A stretch of DNA of 64,000 nucleotides, from contig CAUSUW010000002.1 in NCBI GenBank assembly GCA_963535095.1, positions 4,863 through 68,862 of the forward strand, written 5' to 3'. The notes under the pieces are model-generated. The model saw only the letters and a program-made list of their open reading frames with translations. It was not told the origin of the DNA and did not search any database. The stretch comes from an uncultured Gemella sp. Lineage in GTDB: Bacteria > Bacillota > Bacilli > Staphylococcales > Gemellaceae. Below are positions 1-9,582 of this stretch, one piece after another (position 1 is the stretch's first letter; the number at the start of each line of letters is the position of its first letter). The position numbers and the translations under genes are program-made.

Positions 1-1
1 G

Positions 2-223
2 TTAATTGGTACTTTTACAAAAATTGAAAGAGAAATTTCTGTAGAGGAACTATTTGAACTTGTAAAAGAATATATTCCTGAACATTTACCTGTAGTTAAA
101 ACAAGTGAAATAGGACATGCAAAAGATTCTAAAGCATTAAAAATCGGTGGAATGATAAATATAAAAAATGAGGCTGATCCAAAAGTACTAGATTTTAAAA
201 ATAGTTTACATGAAAACTCATAG
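2..223 (+). CDS. 3' part of S66 family peptidase (LD-carboxypeptidase/MccF-like), truncated by window start
   Basis: Manual translation LIGTFTKIEREISVEELFELVKEYIPEHLPVVKTSEIGHAKDSKALKIGG...ENS*; the LPV..IGH...L.IG pattern resembles the S66 C-terminus. Confidence 0.7.
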   Translation, partial: LIGTFTKIEREISVEELFELVKEYIPEHLPVVKTSEIGHAKDSKALKIGGMINIKNEADPKVLDFKNSLHENS

Positions 224-344
224 ACGCAGTGGTTTATTGATATCTAAATTCGCTTTATGAAAGCTTTTTAGATATCTAATAAACTGTGCAAGGGTGACTC
301 GACAAAATCGATTTCTACGAAATCACGATTTTTGAGTCACTCCC
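170..344. repeat. Dispersed palindromic intergenic repeat (full-length copy)
   Basis: Similar along its length to 36628-36800; ends in ...GATTTTTGAGTCACTCCC with internal inverted repeats. Confidence 0.8.
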
Positions 345-351
345 TTTTTCA

Positions 352-1215
352 TTAAATATCATACCATTTAGCTATGGCCTGAGTTCCATTTGTTTTACGG
401 ACTATTTCTTCTAATTCATTATATATTTTGTATGTTGTTTCAAGCCCTGGAAGTTTAATATTCATTTTTTCGCATTCTTCTAAAGCAAGTTTCATATCTT
501 TTATAAAATGATGTACAAAAGATCCTGGTTCGTAATCTCCTTTTAAGATACGCGGAGCATATGAAGTCATTGAGAAACTTCCTCCAGAACCTGTTGATAC
601 TGTTTTAAAGAATGATTCTAAGTCTAGACCAACTTCTTTTGCAAATTTTAAGCTTTCAGCAACAGAAACCATAGTTGTGGCGATAGCTATTTGATTGGCA
701 AGTTTTGTATACTGTCCTTTACCGGCTTCTCCAAAATAAGTAATATTCGTTCCCAGTTTTTCAACAAGCGGTAGGACAATTTCTTCATATATTTTTTTAT
801 CTCCACCAGCCATAATTGATAATGTTGCGTTTCTTGCTCCTATATCCCCACCAGTTACTGGAAGATCTAATGCATAGGCCCCTATTTTCGCAAATTCACT
901 AGTAATTCTTCTAGCTAAAGTAGGAGACGATGTTGTCATATCCACAAATACTTGTCCTTTTTTAGCTGTGTTAATTAGTCCGTTTTCTCCTAAGTATACG
1001 TCTTCGACATCTTTAGGATAACCAACTATGGTAAAGATTACATCAGCAAATAGCGGTGCTTCGTTTGCTTCTTTAAGTAGTGTAGCCCCACGACTTACTA
1101 AATTATCTGTTTTACTTTTTGTTCTGTTGAAAACAAAAAGCTCATGTCCAGCATCCATTAAATGACCGGCCATACTGTTCCCCATTACTCCAGTTCCAAT
1201 CCATGCAATTTTCAT
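352..1215 (-). CDS. NAD(P)-dependent oxidoreductase, 3-hydroxyisobutyrate/beta-hydroxyacid dehydrogenase family (copy 1)
   Basis: IGTGVMG Rossmann motif, VDMTTSSP, DLPVTGG, KLANQ, KDMKLA. Confidence 0.9.
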   Translation of the reverse strand: MKIAWIGTGVMGNSMAGHLMDAGHELFVFNRTKSKTDNLVSRGATLLKEANEAPLFADVIFTIVGYPKDVEDVYLGENGLINTAKKGQVFVDMTTSSPTLARRITSEFAKIGAYALDLPVTGGDIGARNATLSIMAGGDKKIYEEIVLPLVEKLGTNITYFGEAGKGQYTKLANQIAIATTMVSVAESLKFAKEVGLDLESFFKTVSTGSGGSFSMTSYAPRILKGDYEPGSFVHHFIKDMKLALEECEKMNIKLPGLETTYKIYNELEEIVRKTNGTQAIAKWYDI

Positions 1216-1324
1216 ATTTTATTCCTCCTATATAAAATTACTTTATTCTTTAATTATATCATATAATTTTAAAATATCATTTTTTATGCTCTTAAAAGTT
1301 TATTTTATATGATTATAGATTCTG

Positions 1325-1618
1325 ATGGAGTTTTATTTTTTGAGTTTACATAAAATTTTATTTGTTTTATTAAAATTATTCAAAGTAAGAGGATTTGTTA
1401 CATATCTAGCACATTTAAAGCAGATTGGAGTTTTTGATAAAATTTCGGGATTATTAATAGGAATTTTTACAAAAATTGGAAAAGAAATTTCTGTAGAAGA
1501 ACTATTTGAACTTATTCAAGAGTATATTGCATCTTCTTTAGCAGTAGCTAAAACACAAGAAGTCGGACACGCGAAAAACTCTAAAAATATTAAAAATTGG
1601 AGAGAAAATATATATTAA
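1325..1618 (+). pseudogene. Degenerate duplicated 3' fragment of the S66 peptidase gene
   Basis: LLIGIFTKIGKEISVEELFELIQEYI...VAKTQEVGHAK matches the protein ending at 223; no N-terminal domain, frameshifted tail. Confidence 0.75.
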
Positions 1619-1622
1619 AGAT

Positions 1623-1675
1623 GGGAGTGACCCAAAAATCGTGATTTCGTAGAAATCGATTTTTGAGTCACTCCC
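1623..1675. repeat. Short hairpin copy of the dispersed repeat; probable terminator
   Basis: GGGAGTGACCCAAAAATCG...CGATTTTTGAGTCACTCCC inverted repeat followed by T-tract. Confidence 0.75.
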
Positions 1676-1679
1676 TTTT

Positions 1680-2543
1680 TTATAGTCTATACCATTTAGA
1701 AATTGCTTGAGTTCCGTTCGTATTACGGACTTCTTTTTCTAATTCATTGTAAATTTTATATGCTGTTTCAAGACCAGGTAATTTAATGTCCATTTTTTCA
1801 CATTCTTCTAAAGCTAGCTTCATATCTTTAATAAAGTGATGAGTGAAGAAACCAGGTTTAAAATCTTCATTCAAGATACGTGGTCCGTATGAAGTCATTG
1901 AGAAACTTCCACCTGAACCTGTTGATACTGTCTTGAAGAATGAATCTAAGTCTAAACCAACTTCTTTGGCGAATTTAAAGCTCTCAGCGACAGAAATCAT
2001 AGTTGTAGCTATTGCAATCTGATTAGCAAGTTTTGTATATTGCCCCTTACCAGCTTCACCAAAATAAGTAATATTTTTTCCTAGTTTTTCTACCAGTGGA
2101 AGAACAATCTCTTCGAATACTTTCTTATCTCCACCAGCCATGATTGACAGAGTAGCATTTTTTGCTCCGACATCTCCACCTGTTACAGGAAGATCAAGGG
2201 CATATGCACCAACTTTTAGAAATTCATTACTAATTTTTTCAGCTAGAGTAGGAGAAGAAGTAGTCATATCTACAAATACCTGACCTTTTTTAGCTGTTGT
2301 AATAAGTCCATTTTCACCCAAATAAACTTCTTCAACATCTTTAGGGTAACCTACTATTGTAAATACTACATCAGCAAATTTAGGTGCATCTTTTACTTCG
2401 TTAAGAAGTGTAGCTCCACGACTAACTAAGTTATCAGTTTTACTTTTTGTTCTGTTGTAGACGAAAAGTTCGTGACCAGTATCCATTAGGTGACCAGCCA
2501 TACTTTCCCCCATAACTCCAGTTCCAATCCATGCAATTTTCAT
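1680..2543 (-). CDS. NAD(P)-dependent oxidoreductase, 3-hydroxyisobutyrate dehydrogenase family (copy 2)
   Basis: Close paralog of 352-1215; start set to MKIAW at 2543 with GGAGG RBS. Confidence 0.9.
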   Translation of the reverse strand: MKIAWIGTGVMGESMAGHLMDTGHELFVYNRTKSKTDNLVSRGATLLNEVKDAPKFADVVFTIVGYPKDVEEVYLGENGLITTAKKGQVFVDMTTSSPTLAEKISNEFLKVGAYALDLPVTGGDVGAKNATLSIMAGGDKKVFEEIVLPLVEKLGKNITYFGEAGKGQYTKLANQIAIATTMISVAESFKFAKEVGLDLDSFFKTVSTGSGGSFSMTSYGPRILNEDFKPGFFTHHFIKDMKLALEECEKMDIKLPGLETAYKIYNELEKEVRNTNGTQAISKWYRL

Positions 2544-2705
2544 AAGGAATGCCTCCAATAAATAGTTTTATGTTCTTTAATTATATCATAAATCGATGAA
2601 AACGCTATGCTAAATGATTATAGATAGGAAGGAAAGAAATTTAATATCATAGCACTTCAAAATATGGTATAATATTCAAGGTAAGAAGATAACTAGGAGG
2701 ATGTT

Positions 2706-3608
2706 GTGAATAAAAGTAAATTAAAAGAATTTTTCATGTGTACAAGACCACATAGTTATCCAGCATCAATAGCACCGGTTTTATTTGGGGCTACTTATGC
2801 TTTAGGATATGAGATTAAGTTTTCGATTTTAAAATTTATTTTGTTTTTACTGGCATGTCTGTTGATTCAAGCAGCAACCAACCTGTTTAATGAATACTAT
2901 GATTATAAGCATGGTTTGGACAAAATTGATTCTGAGGGAATTTCTGGTTCGATAGTGAAGGGGAATCTAAGTTCTAGAGAGGTTATGGTAGGTGCGTTGG
3001 TATTATACGTGCTAGCTTTTATACTAGGATTAATTCTAACTTTTATGACTAGTCTTTATGTACTATTAGTAGGATTAGTGTGTATGCTTGCTGGCTATTT
3101 TTATACAGGTGGAAAATATCCTATAGCTTATTCTCCTTTTGGAGAAGTTGTTTCTGGATTCTTTATGGGAACAATAATTATTGCTCTATCGTTTTACTTC
3201 CAAACTGGATATGTAAATGCTGATATTATTGTGGTTTCAATACCTTTGTTTATTATGATTGGAGCTATTTTATTAGCGAATAATATCCGTGATTTAGACA
3301 ATGATAAAGAATCAGGAAGAAGAACATATGCGATATTAGTAGGAAGAAATAATGCGATTAAAACAATGGCAAGTAGCTTTATCGTAGTATATTTATTAAA
3401 TGTTTTATTTATAGTTACTAAATATGCTTCGTGGTGGAATCTACTGGTCTTTGTTACTATTCCTTTAGCAATAAAAATAATTAAAGGTTTTAGTGAAAAT
3501 AATCACAAAACAACAATGGCGCCATTTATGGTGTTAACAGCTAAGTTAACGATTTTTGTAGGATTTATAATGTCGTTAGCGAATATACTGAAATATTTAA
3601 TGAACTAA
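2706..3608 (+). CDS. menA: 1,4-dihydroxy-2-naphthoate polyprenyltransferase
   Basis: UbiA-family motifs NEYYDYKHGLD and NNIRDLDNDKESGRRT; multi-TM. Confidence 0.9.
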   Translation: MNKSKLKEFFMCTRPHSYPASIAPVLFGATYALGYEIKFSILKFILFLLACLLIQAATNLFNEYYDYKHGLDKIDSEGISGSIVKGNLSSREVMVGALVLYVLAFILGLILTFMTSLYVLLVGLVCMLAGYFYTGGKYPIAYSPFGEVVSGFFMGTIIIALSFYFQTGYVNADIIVVSIPLFIMIGAILLANNIRDLDNDKESGRRTYAILVGRNNAIKTMASSFIVVYLLNVLFIVTKYASWWNLLVFVTIPLAIKIIKGFSENNHKTTMAPFMVLTAKLTIFVGFIMSLANILKYLMN

Positions 3609-3694
3609 AAAAATATAAAAAGAGTCAACTTTTTTTGTTGACATCTTAAACTAAAAGATATATAATAAATAATGTGTTTATGAGGTGATATTTA

Positions 3695-4201
3695 ATGAAA
3701 TGGTTAAGATCTTCGTTATTCAAAAATAATAGTGATACTTTTGTTTTTGAAGAAAATATAAATGTTAAAGTAGAACACTATGATAACTCTCTAAAAGATA
3801 TTAGAGATGTTGTTGTTAGTGGAAAATTAACTCGAGGTGGACAAGATAAAATCTATGTCGATCTGTTAATTAAAGGAAACTTCGAAATGATTTCAGGAAA
3901 AACACTTAAAGAGGTTGTTGTTCCATTTGAAATTGAAGAGAGAGAAGAATACGTTGACAAGTCTGTATTTGCAGGCGAAGAGGTATTCGACGTTAATTTA
4001 ATGGATATGTATATTGACTTAACACCTTTAGTAAATGAGCTTATAATTTTAAATATTCCAATAACTACTTCTGATGAAGAGGAGTTAGAAATGGTTTCTG
4101 GTAATGACTGGGAAGTGGTTTCTGAAGAGTCTTTAACTGATGTTAAAGAAAAGAAAGAATCACCATTTGCGGCTCTTAATGGATTATTTAAAGAACAATA
4201 A
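3695..4201 (+). CDS. YceD/DUF177 family protein
   Basis: Acidic protein with IDL..LV.E.IIL.IP and C-terminal SPFAAL, directly upstream of rpmF. Confidence 0.8.
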   Translation: MKWLRSSLFKNNSDTFVFEENINVKVEHYDNSLKDIRDVVVSGKLTRGGQDKIYVDLLIKGNFEMISGKTLKEVVVPFEIEEREEYVDKSVFAGEEVFDVNLMDMYIDLTPLVNELIILNIPITTSDEEELEMVSGNDWEVVSEESLTDVKEKKESPFAALNGLFKEQ

Positions 4202-4233
4202 GAATTATTTAAAATAATTGGAGGAAATTAACT

Positions 4234-4410
4234 ATGGCAGTTCCTTTTAGAAGAACATCAAAAACAGCTAAAAGAAAAAGAAGAACTCACAAAAAACTAT
4301 CTGCACCATCAATTACTATCGATGCAACAACTGGTAACTACGTAATGGGTCACCGTGTTGATAGAAAAACTGGTATGTACAAAGGTAGACAAGTTCTAGA
4401 CGTTAAATAA
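4234..4410 (+). CDS. rpmF: 50S ribosomal protein L32 (Cys-free form), not in ORF track
   Basis: [66 protein letters not shown]. Confidence 0.95.
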   Translation: MAVPFRRTSKTAKRKRRTHKKLSAPSITIDATTGNYVMGHRVDRKTGMYKGRQVLDVK

Positions 4411-4423
4411 TTTAAATATTACC

Positions 4424-4455
4424 AAACCCTAAGGAGGTGTCCTTAGGGTTTTTTT
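4424..4455 (+). terminator. Intrinsic terminator after rpmF
   Basis: AAACCCTAAGGA-ggtg-TCCTTAGGGTTT plus T-tract. Confidence 0.85.
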
Positions 4456-4635
4456 ATATTTAAAAGAAGATATCTTAGATTAGCGATGTATTGAGAAATA
4501 AGTAGAGGAAATTTAATAAATAAGTAAGTTTAGGATAAAATACTCAATATATCTTTTAAATTTTTTTGATAAGATATATAATAATAGTATAATATAATTT
4601 TCTAATTTGATAGAAATTTAAAAGAGGATTTTATT

Positions 4636-5742
4636 ATGACAAATTATGGAATTGTTGGAACAGGTTATTTTGGTGCAGACTTAGCTCGTTCATTAGAGAA
4701 AATAAAAGATGCGAAGGTAACTGCAGTTTTTGATCCGGAAAATGGAGAGAAAGTTTCTAGGGAGCTTAATGCAAAAAATTGTTTGTCGTTGGAAGAGTTG
4801 GTTGGTCTAGATGAGGTAGATTGTGTTATCGTCGCAACACCGAGTAATTTACATCGTGAGCCAGTATTATTAGCCGCTAAGAATGGTAAACATGTATTCT
4901 GTGAAAAACCAATCGCTTTATCTTATGAAGATTGTAAGGTTATGGTTGAAACTTGTCGAGAAAATAATGTGATTTTTATGGCAGGTCATATTATGAACTT
5001 TTTTAATGGAGTACGTCACGCTAAAGAATTGATTAAGCAAGGGAAGATTGGAGATGTAATATTTTGTCATGCTGCAAGAACAGGATGGGAAGAAAAACAA
5101 GAAACTGTTTCTTGGAAAAAAATTCGATCACAGTCTGGAGGACACTTATACCACCACATTCATGAACTTGATTGTATTCAATTTATTATGGATGGTCTAC
5201 CGGAGCAAGCAACTATGATAGGCGGAAATGTATGTCATGTTGGTGAAAATTTTGGTGATGAAGATGATTTCTTAATAGTTAATCTGGAATTTTCTAATAA
5301 ACGATATGCAGTACTTGAATATGGAAATGCTTTTAGATGGGGTGAACACTATGTTCTTATAGAAGGTACGAAAGGAGCTATAAAATTAGATTTATATAAT
5401 ACTAGAGGTACTTTAAGAGTAGTAGGAGAAGGAGAGAGTTATTTCTTAATCCATGAATCAAAAGAAGAAGATGATGACAGAATGGCTATTTATACAGGTA
5501 GAGGAATGGACGGAGCAATAGCTTATGGAAATCCTAATGTACGTTGCCCTCTTTGGTTACAAAGCTGTATAGATAAAGAAATGTTGTATTTGCATAATAT
5601 TTTGAATGGAGAAAAAGTATCAAAAGAATATGAAAAACTATTAAATGGTGTCGCAGCTCTAGAGTCAATTGCGACTGCTGATGCATGCACATTGTCTTTA
5701 AAAGAAAATAGAAAAGTAAAGTTGAGAGAAATAGTAAAATAG
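4636..5742 (+). CDS. Gfo/Idh/MocA oxidoreductase, YjhC/NanY (2,7-anhydro-Neu5Ac oxidoreductase)-like
   Basis: CEKPIALSYEDC, AGHIMNFFNG, SGGHLYHHIHELDC, MDGAIAYG, AIATADA-like motifs, as I recall them from E. coli YjhC. Confidence 0.8.
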   Translation: MTNYGIVGTGYFGADLARSLEKIKDAKVTAVFDPENGEKVSRELNAKNCLSLEELVGLDEVDCVIVATPSNLHREPVLLAAKNGKHVFCEKPIALSYEDCKVMVETCRENNVIFMAGHIMNFFNGVRHAKELIKQGKIGDVIFCHAARTGWEEKQETVSWKKIRSQSGGHLYHHIHELDCIQFIMDGLPEQATMIGGNVCHVGENFGDEDDFLIVNLEFSNKRYAVLEYGNAFRWGEHYVLIEGTKGAIKLDLYNTRGTLRVVGEGESYFLIHESKEEDDDRMAIYTGRGMDGAIAYGNPNVRCPLWLQSCIDKEMLYLHNILNGEKVSKEYEKLLNGVAALESIATADACTLSLKENRKVKLREIVK

Positions 5743-5807
5743 AAATTAAGAGACCAATAATAACAAATACTCCAAGAGAAGTTCTCCTGGAGTATTGTTT
5801 TATAATA

Positions 5808-6884
5808 TTAATCTAAGTATCCTAATTTTTTAATTAGTTCTGCAGTTAGTACAGCTCCACCAGCTGCTCCACGTAATGTATTGTGAGAAAGTCCTACGAA
5901 TTTGTAATCGAATAGATTGTCTTCACGTAGACGACCTACAGTAATTTGCATACCTTTTTCGTTGTCACGATCAAGCACTGGTTGTGGGCGATCATTTTCT
6001 TCATAATATTTAATGAATGGAGTTGGTGCTAGTGGTAAATCATGTTTAGCAATTTCAGGAACATGATTTTTAATTTTTTCAACTAAAGTTTCTAATCCTG
6101 GATTATTTTCTAAATTGAATGATACACAAGCAAGGTGTCCATCAAGAACTGGTACACGAATACATTGAGCTGATAGTTTCATAGAATTATCTGGAACGAT
6201 TTTTCCATCAACAACTTTACCGAAGATTTTAAGTGGTTCTTTTTCACTTTTTTCTTCTTCACCACCGATATAAGGAATGATGTTCTCTACCATTTCAGGC
6301 CATTCGTTGAAAGTTTTTCCGCTTCCTGAGATAGCTTGATATGTACAGATAGATGCTTCTTTAACACCATATTCTTTAATTGCTTCAAAGATAGGTACAT
6401 AACTTTGAATTGAACAGTTAGGTTTTGTAACGATGAATCCTTTTTTAGTTCCAAGGCGTTTTCTTTGTGCCGGAAGAACATCTAGGTGAGCTGAGTTAAT
6501 CTCTGGAATAATCATCGGTACATCATCTTTATTTCTGTTTGCAGAGTTGTTAGAAACAACAACTACTTCACGTTTAGCATAGTCTTCTTCAAGTTTGATT
6601 AAAGCTTCTTTATCAAGATTGATAGCACAGAATACCATATCAATTCCCTCAGAAACTTCGTCAATTTTATATAAGTCTTCTACAACTAACTCTTTAGTGT
6701 ATTCAGGAAGTGCGTTTTCTAATTTCCAACGGCTTTCCATAAGTTCCCCATATTTTTTACCGGCAGAACGAGGTGATGCTGCTAATTTTACTACATCAAA
6801 GTATGGGTGATTTTCTAATAACACCAATAAACGTTGTCCTACCATTCCTGTTGCCCCTAGTACGGCTACTCTTGATTTTTGCAT
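5808..6884 (-). CDS. asd: Aspartate-semialdehyde dehydrogenase
   Basis: GATGMVGQ, PNCS, RVPVLDGH, HNTLRGAAGG; start at MQKSR (6884) with AAGGAGA RBS. Confidence 0.95.
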   Translation of the reverse strand: MQKSRVAVLGATGMVGQRLLVLLENHPYFDVVKLAASPRSAGKKYGELMESRWKLENALPEYTKELVVEDLYKIDEVSEGIDMVFCAINLDKEALIKLEEDYAKREVVVVSNNSANRNKDDVPMIIPEINSAHLDVLPAQRKRLGTKKGFIVTKPNCSIQSYVPIFEAIKEYGVKEASICTYQAISGSGKTFNEWPEMVENIIPYIGGEEEKSEKEPLKIFGKVVDGKIVPDNSMKLSAQCIRVPVLDGHLACVSFNLENNPGLETLVEKIKNHVPEIAKHDLPLAPTPFIKYYEENDRPQPVLDRDNEKGMQITVGRLREDNLFDYKFVGLSHNTLRGAAGGAVLTAELIKKLGYLD

Positions 6885-6973
6885 AATAAATTTCTCCTTT
6901 ATTTGTATAAAAATTATTTCAAAATGAACTTCCTCTCTGTAATAAAAGAAGAAGTTCAAAAATTGTTAACATA

Positions 6974-7855
6974 TTAATTTAGAACTACTGTTCCTTCTTT
7001 ATCAACTTTTAATAAGATTGCTTGCCAGTTATATTTTAATTTAGCAAGTTCAGTTTTTATTTTTTCAATATTGTTAGTATCGCTAACTATATTCATAAGT
7101 GTAGAACCACTTCCAGAAATGAAAAATGCCGAACTATCAATTTTCTCACAAATTTCTCTTACTTCGTGATATTCATGTATTATTTCTTTTCTATAAGGTT
7201 CGTGGATTTTATCTCCCATAACCTTTTTAAGAAGTTCCAAGTCATAAGTTTCAAATGCCTTGATAACAGATCCGATACGTGATAATGAGTAGATTGCATC
7301 TTGAAGTTTAATTTCTTTTGGCATTACTTTTCTAGCTTCTTCAGTAGAAGTTTCGAAGTTTGGAATTAAAGCCAAGAAGTTAAATCTTTTGTCGACCTCG
7401 TATCTTACAGTTACCGCTTCTTTACTATCGGTAGTACAAGATGAACTTAGACTTCCAAAAATAGCTGGTGAAACATTATCAGGGTGCCCTTCGATTTCGT
7501 TAGCTATTGTAAAGATTTTTTGTTTATCAATAGGTGTATCAGTTAATAAGTACGCACCGTATATTCCAGCAACTACACAAGTAGAGCTACTACCTAAACC
7601 ACGGCTAATTGGTACATCATTATCAATTGATATTCTAACACCTGAAATTTCTTTGTTTAATTTTTTTAGTGTAGTTAGTAATGTTTGATAAACTAGATTG
7701 TTTTCATTAGAAAAACGTTCTTCAAATCCGACGAATTCTAGACCACTATCTAATTTTTCGAATTTAAAAGTAGTGTAAAGTGTTAAAGCAACACCAAGGC
7801 TATCAAATCCACATCCTACGTTTGCAGAAGTGGCAGGTACACGAACACTTACCAT
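6974..7855 (-). CDS. thrB: Homoserine kinase
   Basis: VPATSANVGCGFD, PISRGLGSS, EGHPDN. Confidence 0.95.
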   Translation of the reverse strand: MVSVRVPATSANVGCGFDSLGVALTLYTTFKFEKLDSGLEFVGFEERFSNENNLVYQTLLTTLKKLNKEISGVRISIDNDVPISRGLGSSSTCVVAGIYGAYLLTDTPIDKQKIFTIANEIEGHPDNVSPAIFGSLSSSCTTDSKEAVTVRYEVDKRFNFLALIPNFETSTEEARKVMPKEIKLQDAIYSLSRIGSVIKAFETYDLELLKKVMGDKIHEPYRKEIIHEYHEVREICEKIDSSAFFISGSGSTLMNIVSDTNNIEKIKTELAKLKYNWQAILLKVDKEGTVVLN

Positions 7856-9327
7856 TATAAATCACCTAGTTTCTCTAAGATGTATTTCTTCATGTCTTCT
7901 TTATTAATTACATCTTTATGTCTAATTTCTTTTTTATCAAGATCTCTTAAGTTCTCAGGGATAACTACCTTAGTATGCTCGTGAAGTTTGTTCATAAGAG
8001 TAAATTCGTCTTCACCTTGTGTTTCGAATAGAGAAGAGTAGACACTTTCTGTGAATTTATATGGAGATGCTGTTGACAGTACAATACTAGCATGCTCATT
8101 ATCTAAGCTTTCAAGAAGAACCTTATAGGCTACCGCAGTGTGTGTATCTAGTAGGTAGTTATCTTTTTCATAGATAGCTTTGATAGTTTCTTTAGTTTGT
8201 TCGTCATCAGCAAATCCAGCTTGGAATTTATCTTTAATCTTAGCTAGCACGTCACCAGTAACTTCAAAACGTCCAGTTTCTTTTAAATCTTTCATAAGCT
8301 TAGCGATATACTTATTATCACAACCGCTAACATAGTAAAGTAGACGCTCTAAGTTACTAGAAATTAAGATATCCATACTTGGGGATACTGTTTTTAAGAA
8401 GTCTCTGTTCTTATCGTATACACCAGTCGTTAAGAAATCATAAAGTACATTATTGTTGTTGCTTGCACAGATTAATTTGTTAATAGGTAAACCGATTTGT
8501 TCAGCATAATAACCAGCAAGAATGTTACCGAAGTTACCAGTAGGTACTACAAAGTTTACTTTATCATTTAATTTAATTTTATTTGTATTTACTAGGTCTA
8601 GGTATGAAACAACGTAATAAACTACTTGGGGAATAAGACGCCCGATGTTGATTGAGTTTGCACTTGATAACTTAATGTTTTTAGAAAGTAGTTCTTTTTT
8701 GAATTCTTCATCAACAAATAGTTCTTTGATTCCACTTTGAGCATCGTCAAAGTTTCCGTGAATTGCACAAACTTTCGTATTTTTCCCTTCTTGAGTTTGC
8801 ATTTGTGTTTTTTGTACTGTACTTACACCATCGTTAGGGTAGAAGACCATAATTTTTGTTCTATCTACATCCTTGAAACCTTCTAGAGCAGCTTTACCAG
8901 TGTCTCCACTAGTCGCAGTTAAGATAAGAATGTCATTTTCATCTTCTACTTTTGTTAAAGCAGTTTTTGTTAGTTGTGGAAGAAGTGATAGACCAACATC
9001 TTTAAATGCACTAGTAGGTCCATTGAATAATTCAAGGATATGGCCGTCTTCTAATTCTACTAGAGGAGTGATGTTTTCGTGAGAAAATTTACCTCTATAT
9101 GCTTCCTCAACACATTTTTTAATTTCTTCGTCGCTAAAATCTACAAAAAGTCTTAACACTGCTTGAGCCACTTCGTAATAACTTTTTCCGATTAGTTTTT
9201 CTAAGTCTAATTTATTTTTTCCTAAATCTCTTAAAACGAAAAGTCCACCTTCTTCACTTAAACCTTGAAGAATAGCTTCACTTGGATTTAATTTTCTATT
9301 AATATCTCTTGTACTTTCGTAAATCAT
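7855..9327 (-). CDS. thrC: Threonine synthase
   Basis: GPTSAFKD, ATSGDTG, NSINIGR, PTGNFGN. Confidence 0.95.
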   Translation of the reverse strand: MIYESTRDINRKLNPSEAILQGLSEEGGLFVLRDLGKNKLDLEKLIGKSYYEVAQAVLRLFVDFSDEEIKKCVEEAYRGKFSHENITPLVELEDGHILELFNGPTSAFKDVGLSLLPQLTKTALTKVEDENDILILTATSGDTGKAALEGFKDVDRTKIMVFYPNDGVSTVQKTQMQTQEGKNTKVCAIHGNFDDAQSGIKELFVDEEFKKELLSKNIKLSSANSINIGRLIPQVVYYVVSYLDLVNTNKIKLNDKVNFVVPTGNFGNILAGYYAEQIGLPINKLICASNNNNVLYDFLTTGVYDKNRDFLKTVSPSMDILISSNLERLLYYVSGCDNKYIAKLMKDLKETGRFEVTGDVLAKIKDKFQAGFADDEQTKETIKAIYEKDNYLLDTHTAVAYKVLLESLDNEHASIVLSTASPYKFTESVYSSLFETQGEDEFTLMNKLHEHTKVVIPENLRDLDKKEIRHKDVINKEDMKKYILEKLGDL

Positions 9328-9479
9328 TTAAAATCTCCTTGCTTTATCGTTGTATATATGATACAATGTTCTTTGTAAAAATACAAGTGTTTTTTATAAA
9401 AAGAACTTTAATTTTTTTTATAACTATAATTTTACACCAAAATAGGTTATAAAAACAGTCGAAATAATCAAAAAATTGA

Positions 9480-9494
9480 AATTTTTTGAAAATT
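9480..9494. promoter_or_regulatory. Putative CodY box between divergent thrC and hom
   Basis: AATTTTTTGAAAATT, 1 mismatch to AATTTTCWGAAAATT; AT-rich background lowers significance. Confidence 0.5.
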
Positions 9495-9582
9495 CTTGAT
9501 ATTAAATAATTGACATAAGAAAATACTTGTTAAACTTTTAAATAAAATTGAAAATAAGTATTGAAATTAGGAGAAAATAATA

